Assembly: GCF_000012465.1 (NCBI RefSeq)
Contig: NC_007335.2
Span: 480,001 to 512,000 of the forward strand
Direction: 5' to 3'
Source: Prochlorococcus marinus str. NATL2A
Lineage (GTDB): Bacteria > Cyanobacteriota > Cyanobacteriia > PCC-6307 > Cyanobiaceae
DNA length: 32,000 bases
The notes under the pieces are model-generated. The model was not told the DNA's origin. It saw only the letters and a list, made by a program, of their open reading frames with translations, and did not search any database. Below are positions 19,848 through 27,843 of this stretch, in pieces. How positions within the stretch are numbered: the first letter of the stretch is position 1; every line of letters starts with the position of its first letter. Both the position numbers and the translations under genes were made by a program.

Positions 19848-19893
19848 TTGTTTTTTGCAGTTACGTAAGACTCTAGAGTCCTTTGGGCTCAAT

Positions 19894-21684
19894 TTATAGT
19901 TTTTCAGTATTAAATTCTTCAGAAAGTTTTTTAAAAACGGAGTTCAGATCTAACAACTCTGTAATTTTTGTTTTTCTATTATGTAATTCAACCAGTCCCG
20001 AACTAGCTTCTCGCCCAGCAACAATTCTCCATGGGATTCCAATAAGGTCTGCATCTTTAAACTTTATCCCAGCCCTCTCATCCCGATCGTCAAGAAGAAC
20101 ATCAACCCGATCTTGTATTAATTTTTGATAGATATCTTCAGCTAAACATTTTTGATCATTATTCTTTATATTGGCAATGATAATTATTACTGTAAAAGGT
20201 GCAATTGATGTCGGCCAGATAATACCTAGATCATCATGATTTTGTTCTACTGCTGCTTGAGCTAATCTGGAAATACCAATTCCATAGCAACCCATCCAGA
20301 AGTGGTCTTCAACACCTTTTTCATTAGTAAAAGTAGCATTTAATGATTTAGAATACTTAGTCCCTAATTGAAATATATGCCCTATTTCTATCCCTCTACA
20401 TTCTTGAAGCTTTTGTGTTTTATCATGAATACACCTGTCTCCTGGTTTGGCTTTTCTAATATCACATATCATTTGCACAGTATTAATTAGATTCCAATTA
20501 TAAAATATTTTATGCTCATCCTTAATATTGTTTCCACATATAAAACTTTTAAGATCTTTTGCAGAATTGTCAGCGATTCTTATGAATTTTTTTTCCCATG
20601 CTTTTGATTGTGCAAGTAAATTATCGCTAAGATCAGGACCTATAAAACCAAATGGAATATTAGAAATGCCTTGCTTTTGCATATCTTCATTAGAAATAAT
20701 TCTAATATCAAGTACATTTTGCTTTAATTCTTGAGATATTTTATTTGAAAGTTTAATATCATTTATTTCTTGATCCCCCCGAATACTTACTAGAACTGGG
20801 TATTTTTTATTATCATCACACGTTGCTAGATAAGCTAATACTTTTACAATTTGACTTGGGTGGAAATCATTGTAATTACATAATTCATCTATGGTTTTTT
20901 GATTAGGTGTCTTAATTATCGATGGTTTATTAGGTTCTAATAATTTTCCTTCTTCAATAATGGAAACAGCTTTTTCTTGATTAGCCCCATACTTGCTATC
21001 AGAACTTATTAAAATCAAGTCCTCTCCAGACTCAGCTGTTACCATGAATTCTTGAGATGCTGCACCCCCAATAGCTCCACTATCTGCGTCGACACAAACA
21101 AAATCTAGCCCACATTTTGTAAATATATTTTCATAGGCATTTCTCATGTCTGAATAAGTTGATTGAAGATCATTCTCATTTGCATGAAAGGAATAAGCAT
21201 CCTTCATGATGAATTCTCTACTTCTCATTAACCCAAATCTTGGCCTTATTTCATCTCTAAATTTTGTTTGAATTTGGAATATATTTATGGGTAATTGTTT
21301 GTAGGAGTGAATAGTTTGAGAAATTATTTGCGTAATTACTTCTTCATGAGTTGGTCCCAGTCCTAGTTCTTTACCTTGTCTATCTTTAAGACTAAACATA
21401 ATACCTTCTCCCTTTGTATATGATTTCCACCTCCCACTTCTTTCCCATATTTCTGAAGGCTGAAGTTGAGGGAGAAGAGTTTGCAGGCAACCTTTTGTTG
21501 ATAACTCTTCTTCAACTATTGAGGTTATTTTTTTTAGAACCTTCCAAAGTAATGGCATATATGCATAAATGCCTCCGGTTAGGCGCTTAACATAACCACC
21601 TCTTACCAGTAACTGATGTGAAATTATATCGGCTTCTGCAGGGACGTCTCTAAGAGTGTTCAGCATTAGGCGGGAGACGCGCAT
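19894..21684 (-). CDS. proS: Prolyl-tRNA synthetase (bacterial type with editing insertion)
   Basis: MRVS....TLR..PAEA...SHQLL.R.G, the class II motifs (FRDE.RPRFGL.R.REF.MKDAYSF and GCYGIG.SR) and a C-terminal anticodon-binding domain. Confidence 0.95.
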   Translation of the reverse strand: MRVSRLMLNTLRDVPAEADIISHQLLVRGGYVKRLTGGIYAYMPLLWKVLKKITSIVEEELSTKGCLQTLLPQLQPSEIWERSGRWKSYTKGEGIMFSLKDRQGKELGLGPTHEEVITQIISQTIHSYKQLPINIFQIQTKFRDEIRPRFGLMRSREFIMKDAYSFHANENDLQSTYSDMRNAYENIFTKCGLDFVCVDADSGAIGGAASQEFMVTAESGEDLILISSDSKYGANQEKAVSIIEEGKLLEPNKPSIIKTPNQKTIDELCNYNDFHPSQIVKVLAYLATCDDNKKYPVLVSIRGDQEINDIKLSNKISQELKQNVLDIRIISNEDMQKQGISNIPFGFIGPDLSDNLLAQSKAWEKKFIRIADNSAKDLKSFICGNNIKDEHKIFYNWNLINTVQMICDIRKAKPGDRCIHDKTQKLQECRGIEIGHIFQLGTKYSKSLNATFTNEKGVEDHFWMGCYGIGISRLAQAAVEQNHDDLGIIWPTSIAPFTVIIIIANIKNNDQKCLAEDIYQKLIQDRVDVLLDDRDERAGIKFKDADLIGIPWRIVAGREASSGLVELHNRKTKITELLDLNSVFKKLSEEFNTEKL

Positions 21685-21858
21685 AAGCCTAAAATTTAAA
21701 TCTTTATGAGATTAGTCCTTTGAGTGTTGGCCATAAGAATATCTATATTGTTTGTGCGGGAATCATGTTGTTTTTTTAAAGTGTCCAATTGTACATGGTC
21801 TAAATTAGATTATTCTGCTAACTTCTTCCACATGTTTTCCTAGAAGCTTTCTTTAGCA

Positions 21859-22320
21859 ATGTTTAACGGGCCAGTGAATTCAGTAACAAATGGAAGATCA
21901 GAGGAGTTTTTAGATAAAGGGTTGAATACAGCTTCTAACTCAAGTGATTCATTATTGACTATTGACGAAGTTCAGAAAACATTGAATAGATCTAGAGCTT
22001 CCGTATACAGGTATACAAATACTGACACAAGAAATCTTAATCCCCCTTTCAATCCTAGAAAACTAAACACTGAATTTAGAAGCGATCAAAAAGATCAATT
22101 GCTTTTTCATCCCAATGAAGTCGCAAGATTTGCAAAAGATATACTCAGAATTAAGGAAGTAACTGTAGAAATATTAAATTCTCCATCATCTGAAACACAA
22201 AATATTCTAAATGCAATACTTGATGAGTTGAGAATTATAAGGAATAAACTTGATGGACAATCTGATAAGAATCACTCTATTCCTAATCATTTACAAGATC
22301 CTGATAAAAAGGCTGCTTAG
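21859..22320 (+). CDS. Small DNA-binding protein with excisionase/MerR-like (HTH_17-type) helix-turn-helix
   Basis: LLTIDEVQKTLNRSRASVYRYT resembles the Xis-family HTH, and a later LLFHPNEVARFA resembles the wing segment. The rest is low complexity. Confidence 0.5.
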   Translation: MFNGPVNSVTNGRSEEFLDKGLNTASNSSDSLLTIDEVQKTLNRSRASVYRYTNTDTRNLNPPFNPRKLNTEFRSDQKDQLLFHPNEVARFAKDILRIKEVTVEILNSPSSETQNILNAILDELRIIRNKLDGQSDKNHSIPNHLQDPDKKAA

Positions 22321-22423
22321 TTATTCTTAAATGTGGGATAGTATCTATATACATTCTCATTAATTAAGAATTTTAATTGATTTCCACGCATTTGACTAAC
22401 GGTTTATTTATTCCAAACATTAC

Positions 22424-22672
22424 ATGGATTTAGAACCACATTTAATTAATACGCAATCACCCGAGATTGACCCTCTTTTGCTTAATAAAGAAAAAGACCA
22501 ACTATCTGCAGATGATGAAGATCCTTATAGTTTTAATAGTACCTCAACTTCTTTAATTGGTTTAGCAATAGTATTTGTAATGCTAGGAATACCATTATTA
22601 GCTGTCATAAGTGAAAGGCCAGAGACAACAAAAAGCTTACCGACTTCAATAAATCAAAATGGACCTGAGTGA
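22424..22672 (+). CDS. Small single-pass membrane protein (82 aa), hypothetical
   Basis: Acidic N-terminal half followed by one clear TM helix (LIGLAIVFVMLGIPLLAVI). The last 14 nt overlap the downstream ppa start. Confidence 0.45.
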   Translation: MDLEPHLINTQSPEIDPLLLNKEKDQLSADDEDPYSFNSTSTSLIGLAIVFVMLGIPLLAVISERPETTKSLPTSINQNGPE

Positions 22673-23186
22673 TCTTCCTCCTTCACCATCGCCTGGATTA
22701 GTAAATCTAGTTGTAGAGATTCCTGCTGGCAGTAGAAATAAATACGAATATTTTAGCTCTGCAGGAATTATGGCTCTGGATAGAGTTTTGCATTCTTCAG
22801 TGAAATACCCATTTGATTATGGATTTGTTCCAAATACTCTTGCTGAGGATGGAGCGCCGCTTGATGCAATGGTCGTGATGGAAGAACCTACTTTTGCAGG
22901 TTGCTTGATTCAGGCAAGACCTATAGGAGTTCTTGATATGCATGATTCTGGGGCCTACGATGGCAAACTTTTATGTGTACCTACTGCAGATCCAAGACAA
23001 AGAGAAATTAATACTATTAAGCAAATAGCTCAGGACCAATTGGAGGATGTGGCTGAGTTTTTTAGAACCTATAAAAGCTTGGAAGGGAGGGTGATCGAAA
23101 TAGATGGATGGAGAGACTACGATGCTGTTGATGAATTATTAAAAAGTTGCATAGAAGCACATCATTTGGAGATAACCCAAAAATAA
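22659..23186 (+). CDS. ppa: Family I inorganic pyrophosphatase, typical cyanobacterial type, with Asp->Ala at a metal-ligand position
   Basis: EIPAGSRNKYEY, LDRV, YPFDYGF, VLDMHD..YDGK and FFRTYK are present. The signature reads EDGAPLD, with GCG at 22854-22856, where DGDPxD is expected. Confidence 0.85.
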   Translation: MDLSDLPPSPSPGLVNLVVEIPAGSRNKYEYFSSAGIMALDRVLHSSVKYPFDYGFVPNTLAEDGAPLDAMVVMEEPTFAGCLIQARPIGVLDMHDSGAYDGKLLCVPTADPRQREINTIKQIAQDQLEDVAEFFRTYKSLEGRVIEIDGWRDYDAVDELLKSCIEAHHLEITQK

Positions 23187-23238
23187 CTATTTTAATTTTC
23201 TTTTTTGGGTAAACTTATCTTTTTTATGCTTTGAAAAC

Positions 23239-23586
23239 TTGAAATTATTTAGTTATTCCTCATGCTCAACTTGTCGCAGAGCGATTAAGTGGCTTAAATA
23301 CAATGATATTCCCTTTGAATTAATTGATCTTTTAAAATCCCCCCCGTCCAAGGAAATGCTTATCTCAGCTAGTGAGCTATATGGGGATAGAAAATATCTT
23401 TTAAATACTAGTGGGGTTGTATATCGTTCTATGGGTTCGGATGCTGTAAAAAAAATGAGTGATAATGATTTGTTTGAGCAACTTATATTGGAACCCAGAT
23501 TAATAAAGAGACCTTTTTTATACAAATCTAGTAAATGTTTTTTAGTTGGATTTAAAGAAGAAAAGTGGGCTGAGAAATTACTTTGA
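23239..23586 (+). CDS. ArsC/Spx/MgsR-family (PF03960-like) thioredoxin-fold protein with N-terminal CxxC
   Basis: KLFSYSSCSTCRRAIKWL...IPFE..D and a later L.KRP block parallel the Spx/YffB layout. The start is TTG; the next in-frame ATG lies after the CxxC. Confidence 0.7.
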   Translation: MKLFSYSSCSTCRRAIKWLKYNDIPFELIDLLKSPPSKEMLISASELYGDRKYLLNTSGVVYRSMGSDAVKKMSDNDLFEQLILEPRLIKRPFLYKSSKCFLVGFKEEKWAEKLL

Positions 23587-23668
23587 AATTCACATGATCA
23601 CTATCATTGACTGAATATAAGTAGTCTTTACAAATAAAGTAAACTATACATTTATTATTGATAAACAA

Positions 23669-24364
23669 TTGAAGCACAACCATTCAGACTCGAGTAAAGA
23701 AAGTAAAAATTGTTGGTGGTATTCTTTCTTTGATACGTGGGGACCTATTTCTCTAACTATTCTCCTTTATATAGGTATTCGTCATTTTATAGCAGAAGCT
23801 AGATATATACCCTCGGGTTCAATGCTGCCAGGATTGAAAGTTAATGATCGACTAATTGTTGAAAAACTTTCTTTGCGCCAAAGGTCACCTTTGCGTGGGG
23901 AAATTGTAGTTTTCAACTCACCATATTCCTTTGATAAGAAATTGATAGCTGATAGGACTAAACAACTTCCGTCTAAATTTCAATGTTCATTAATAACTTT
24001 TCCATTAATTTCTTGGATACCTACTCTATCTGATCGTGCTTGTGATGCTTATATCAAACGAATAGTAGCGGTGGGAGGAGATCGTCTTTTGATTAATGGT
24101 AAGGGAGAGATTGTTTTGAACGGTAGATCAATCAATGAACCATATGTTATGAACTTCTGCCCAAGTAAATCTAAATTTAATCTATGTCCTCCGATGACTT
24201 CAACTGTTCCAAAAGGGCATGTATTCGTTTTGGGGGATAACCGTGCTAATAGTTGGGATAGTCGCTTTTGGCCAGGAGGGGGGTTCTTACCCCATAATGA
24301 AATAATTGGCAAAGCAAGCTGGCGCTTTTGGCCTATTAATCGTTTAGGTAAGCTTAATTACTGA
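23669..24364 (+). CDS. lepB: Signal peptidase I
   Basis: N-terminal TM, catalytic Ser box IPSGSMLP, Lys box YIKRIVAVGGD, and GDNR.NS.DSR. The start is TTG; the first in-frame Met is inside the Ser box. Confidence 0.9.
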   Translation: MKHNHSDSSKESKNCWWYSFFDTWGPISLTILLYIGIRHFIAEARYIPSGSMLPGLKVNDRLIVEKLSLRQRSPLRGEIVVFNSPYSFDKKLIADRTKQLPSKFQCSLITFPLISWIPTLSDRACDAYIKRIVAVGGDRLLINGKGEIVLNGRSINEPYVMNFCPSKSKFNLCPPMTSTVPKGHVFVLGDNRANSWDSRFWPGGGFLPHNEIIGKASWRFWPINRLGKLNY

Positions 24365-24501
24365 GCCTATAATCAATAACTTTCCCAACTGCCTTTTGTC
24401 TTTGTTCACCCCCATTTTGATTAAAACAGCTTCTCTTTTGATATGTGATGCTTCCTTTTCAGGATTTGAATATCATCATAAAATAACTACTAGTCATTAA
24501 A

Positions 24502-25830
24502 TTAGAGAGCTCCAGCAGCTGTTGAGTCGATAATTCCTCCTAAATGTGAAGTGATATTTAAACAGGTAATTTGATCTGGTTGCCCTTCGTTGTCTGAGAG
24601 ATCAATGACTGTAACGCCTCCATTACCTTGTTTTATCATCCAAATATTTGATGGCATTAACCCTAAAAGATGACAAAGAATGGTTTTGTTAACTGCATCA
24701 TGAGCGACAACCAATGCGGTTTCATCGTTTTTAAGGTCTTTGCAAATCTCATTCCAACCAGTAATGGATCTCGTGGAGACTTCTTTTATATTTTCTCCCT
24801 CTGGCATTTGAACTTTTTCAGGTGAAATCTTCCATGTTTGTAGAAGATCTGGCCAGTCGGTCTTTATCTCAGACTCCAACTTCCCTTCCCATTTTCCGTG
24901 ACCAATTTCTATTAGGTTGTCTTTGAGAGAAATTTCGATCCCTGGATGTTCGTTTAGAATTATCTGAGCTGTTTCTTTTGGTCTTGATAGAGAGCTACTG
25001 AAAGCTTTTTGTAAAATATTGGTTTTTAAAAATTCACTTGCGGCCTTTGCTTGGGATTTACCATTTTTATTTAAGGGAATATCAATTTGTCCTTGGAACC
25101 TTCCTTGTTTATTCCAGTCTGTTTCACCATGCCTAACTAAAATAATTCTTTTTTTACTCTTTTTTTTTGGAATTGTAGGATTTAAATGAGCAACATTATT
25201 GAGACATTGGATTTGAACTTGTCTATCTTTCCAATCATTAAAATTAATATTACAAATTGAGATTGAGGTGTTATCTAACTTCAATCTTCTAAACCCTTTT
25301 GATGGCTCATTAATTAATTTCAGTATCAAGCATCTAAGAATTGCATTATGGGCAACTATCAAAATTGTTTTATTTGACCCTGAATGAGCATCAAATAGTG
25401 ATTTTAAGAAATTTTCAGCTTGAGATAAGAGTTCTTTAATTGGTTGAAATTTTGAACCGTCGTCTCTATTAATAGTCAGTTCCTTTGGCTCTTTTTGCCA
25501 AATAGACAGCTCTTCTGGGAACTGATTTTTTATTTCATTTTTTGTTAAACCACTCCAAGGCCCAAGGTCAACCTCTAGGAGTTCGTCTGTATAAGTTGCT
25601 TGAAGCTCACTTTGATGTTGTTTAATAATGATTCTTGTGGTTTCTGATGCTCTTTGTAAAGGAGAGCTATAAATTGCATCTATTGGAATAGAAGAAATTG
25701 TTTTTCCGGCCGCTTCAGCTTGCAATTGCCCTTCTCTAGTTAATGTTGAAAGGTCGTTTCTTCCTTGAATACGACCTTCCTTGTTAAAACTGCTCAATCC
25801 ATGACGGACAAAAATTAGACGCAATGTCAT
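24502..25830 (-). CDS. Tandem double-domain histidine phosphatase (phosphoglycerate-mutase superfamily; often annotated alpha-ribazole phosphatase-like)
   Basis: There are two complete repeats. The first has FVRHGLSSFN, SSPLQRA, EVDLGPWSG and VAHNA. The second has LVRHGETDWN, SSSLSRP, EIGHGKWEG and VAHDA. A Lys-rich linker joins them. Confidence 0.85.
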   Translation of the reverse strand: MTLRLIFVRHGLSSFNKEGRIQGRNDLSTLTREGQLQAEAAGKTISSIPIDAIYSSPLQRASETTRIIIKQHQSELQATYTDELLEVDLGPWSGLTKNEIKNQFPEELSIWQKEPKELTINRDDGSKFQPIKELLSQAENFLKSLFDAHSGSNKTILIVAHNAILRCLILKLINEPSKGFRRLKLDNTSISICNINFNDWKDRQVQIQCLNNVAHLNPTIPKKKSKKRIILVRHGETDWNKQGRFQGQIDIPLNKNGKSQAKAASEFLKTNILQKAFSSSLSRPKETAQIILNEHPGIEISLKDNLIEIGHGKWEGKLESEIKTDWPDLLQTWKISPEKVQMPEGENIKEVSTRSITGWNEICKDLKNDETALVVAHDAVNKTILCHLLGLMPSNIWMIKQGNGGVTVIDLSDNEGQPDQITCLNITSHLGGIIDSTAAGAL

Positions 25831-25939
25831 TAAATAAAGTGTCTTCTAGATATTTATGGTATTCGCCATGAGGGCAATCTAAGGTTCTTTTAGTAAAGAT
25901 AGAAGTCTTTCTCCATGTCAGTCTTAACAAGTTGATTTT

Positions 25940-27286
25940 ATGAGACAAGCCAAAACTGGTTGGAAATGGGCGATCGCTCTATTTTCATTACTTTTAACTG
26001 TTCTGATATGGCAACAAGGTTTGCAAGAAAGCTTTGAACGACCCTCAGTAGCTCCAAAGATTTCTTTGATGCAAACTGAGATGGCAGTGTCAGCTTCTTC
26101 ATCTTTACCTGAAACAATACAAGAAGTATTTTTAGGTTCAGAACCTCAAAAAAAACTTTATCAAGCCCTCAGTGACATTCCTTTGGAACAAATAGAGGAT
26201 AGAGAAAGATTGTTACTAGCAATTCTGGAAGAGTCTGAGAGTGAGCAAAAATTTATGTTGATGAAAGATTTTAATGATAAAAAGTTTGAAACAATTAAAG
26301 GCTATATATTGGATAGACAACAAGGTAAAGAACTATATAAATTTCCTGATTTTGATGAGATTAAATTAGACCCTTTACTTTATCAAATTTCATGTTCCAA
26401 CTTGGGATTTACTGATGAAAAATGTATTAATCAAAAATATAATTCCCTAACAGCTATAAGGCTTTTAACTTCACAATTATTTCCATTTTTTGCTTCTGTT
26501 ATAGGGAGTATATTCTTGATTAGGTATGCTTTCGTTTTCTTAAGAAAGAAAAATACTCCATGGCCAGAAATGATATCCCCCCCCCTATCATTAATAGATA
26601 TGGTTCTTCTAATCTCTGGTGGTTTCGTTGTTATTGGTGAAGTCGTTTTCCCCGCACTAATTATACCAATAACAGATTTATTGTTTAATAATTTATCCTC
26701 TCCATTAAACCAATCTCTAAGAGTATTTATTGGTTACTGTTCAATGACTATAGCTCCTTTATTTATAATTAGATATCAATTAATGGGTTTAGTTCCTTCG
26801 GGGATTGATGGAGGTTGGCTTCAATGGAAAATCAGACCAATCAAAGAAGGACTTTTTAAATCAATAAGTGGATGGTTAATGATTATGCCTTTAGTGCTGC
26901 TTATTGGATGGCTAATGAATGAGATTATTGGTGACCAAGGAGGAAGTAATCCTCTATTGGAATTGGTTTTAGGTAGTGATGAATTCTTTCCATTATTTTT
27001 GCTTTTGATTACAACTGTTGTTTTGGCTCCAGTTTTTGAGGAGTTAGTTTTTAGGGGTATTCTTTTGCCTGTATTGGTATCCAAAGTTGGCAAAGCTAGC
27101 GGAGTTTTATTAAGTGCCTTGATCTTTGCTTTAGCTCATTTAAGTGTAGGGGAATTACCTCCTCTATTTGTATTAGGAATTGGTCTTGGTTTGATGAGAT
27201 TGAGCTCAGGAAGGTTATTTCCTTGTGCTCTTATGCATTCCCTCTGGAATGGAGTCACTTTTATTAGTCTACTATTAGTAGCTTGA
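25940..27286 (+). CDS. CPBP-family (CAAX/Abi) intramembrane glutamic metalloprotease
   Basis: The C-terminal polytopic domain carries FEELVFRG, FALAH and HSLWN motifs. The N-terminal ~170 aa has one TM and a soluble region. Confidence 0.85.
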   Translation: MRQAKTGWKWAIALFSLLLTVLIWQQGLQESFERPSVAPKISLMQTEMAVSASSSLPETIQEVFLGSEPQKKLYQALSDIPLEQIEDRERLLLAILEESESEQKFMLMKDFNDKKFETIKGYILDRQQGKELYKFPDFDEIKLDPLLYQISCSNLGFTDEKCINQKYNSLTAIRLLTSQLFPFFASVIGSIFLIRYAFVFLRKKNTPWPEMISPPLSLIDMVLLISGGFVVIGEVVFPALIIPITDLLFNNLSSPLNQSLRVFIGYCSMTIAPLFIIRYQLMGLVPSGIDGGWLQWKIRPIKEGLFKSISGWLMIMPLVLLIGWLMNEIIGDQGGSNPLLELVLGSDEFFPLFLLLITTVVLAPVFEELVFRGILLPVLVSKVGKASGVLLSALIFALAHLSVGELPPLFVLGIGLGLMRLSSGRLFPCALMHSLWNGVTFISLLLVA

Positions 27287-27370
27287 GATTAAATAAAAAA
27301 AATATCAGTATTCCAGCTCTTGCAGTTGCTTGATCAAGGTGTTTGACTTGAATTACTTTCGAATTTTGAT

Positions 27371-27835
27371 TTGATTAGTCGAACTCAATATAAACAGAAA
27401 GCAGGCCAATTTCAAAAAAAGAAGTTGTCCAAGGAATTGTTAAACAGTGTTTTCTCCTCAAAACAGGTTCAAAGAAAGTTTCCAATTCAAGCAGCTCTTC
27501 ATATCGTTTTAGATGGTGCATTGTTAGGCATACTCATAACAGTGGCGATAATGTCATCCGTAGCTCTGCATTCTCAATATTTGTGGACTAAGTCTTTTAC
27601 TAAACTTGAAACTACTAGAGACTTGAACCGAAGGACATTGGAGTCAACATCAATCCTTGAAAGTTATCTATTGAGAAATCAAAAGTTGTCTAGAAATTTA
27701 GTTCCCACTAAAGCGGAAGATCTTATATACGTAGATAGACCAAAACCAGAAGAAACTAAAAAATCATTCGATGTGACATTGAAAAGTAGACTTCTAGAGA
27801 AAATATCTTCTTTTCCCGTTAAATCAGGTTACTAA
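27371..27835 (+). CDS. Bitopic membrane protein, FtsL-like candidate cell-division protein
   Basis: Basic N-terminal tail, one TM (ALHIVLDGALLGILITVAIMSSVAL), then a heptad-like helical stretch and an L.P....DLIYV tail. It ends 8 nt before ftsI. TTG start. Confidence 0.45.
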   Translation: MISRTQYKQKAGQFQKKKLSKELLNSVFSSKQVQRKFPIQAALHIVLDGALLGILITVAIMSSVALHSQYLWTKSFTKLETTRDLNRRTLESTSILESYLLRNQKLSRNLVPTKAEDLIYVDRPKPEETKKSFDVTLKSRLLEKISSFPVKSGY

Positions 27836-27843
27836 TAATTCCC

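Noticed and set aside
19848-19892. A longer Psb27 ORF starting at TTG 19890-19892, one nt from the proS stop.
   Set aside because: The extra 15 residues (MSPKDSRVLRNCKKQ) precede a perfectly good ATG followed by a signal peptide. The extension would put an unusually long charged n-region on the signal peptide, so I prefer the ATG at 19845-19847.
24404-24413. GTTCACCCCC in the lepB/phosphatase convergent spacer resembles the 5' arm (GUUCACCC) of the glutamine (glnA-type) riboswitch found in marine picocyanobacteria.
   Set aside because: I could not find the other conserved elements (the ACGGAAGUAGG-like E-loop or the closing GGAAC arm) on either strand. The location between two convergent 3' ends is also wrong for a leader riboswitch.
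25970-25977. A single GCGATCGC (HIP1, the highly iterated palindrome of many cyanobacteria) inside the CPBP protease gene.
   Set aside because: One copy in 32 kb is not over-represented and has no local significance.
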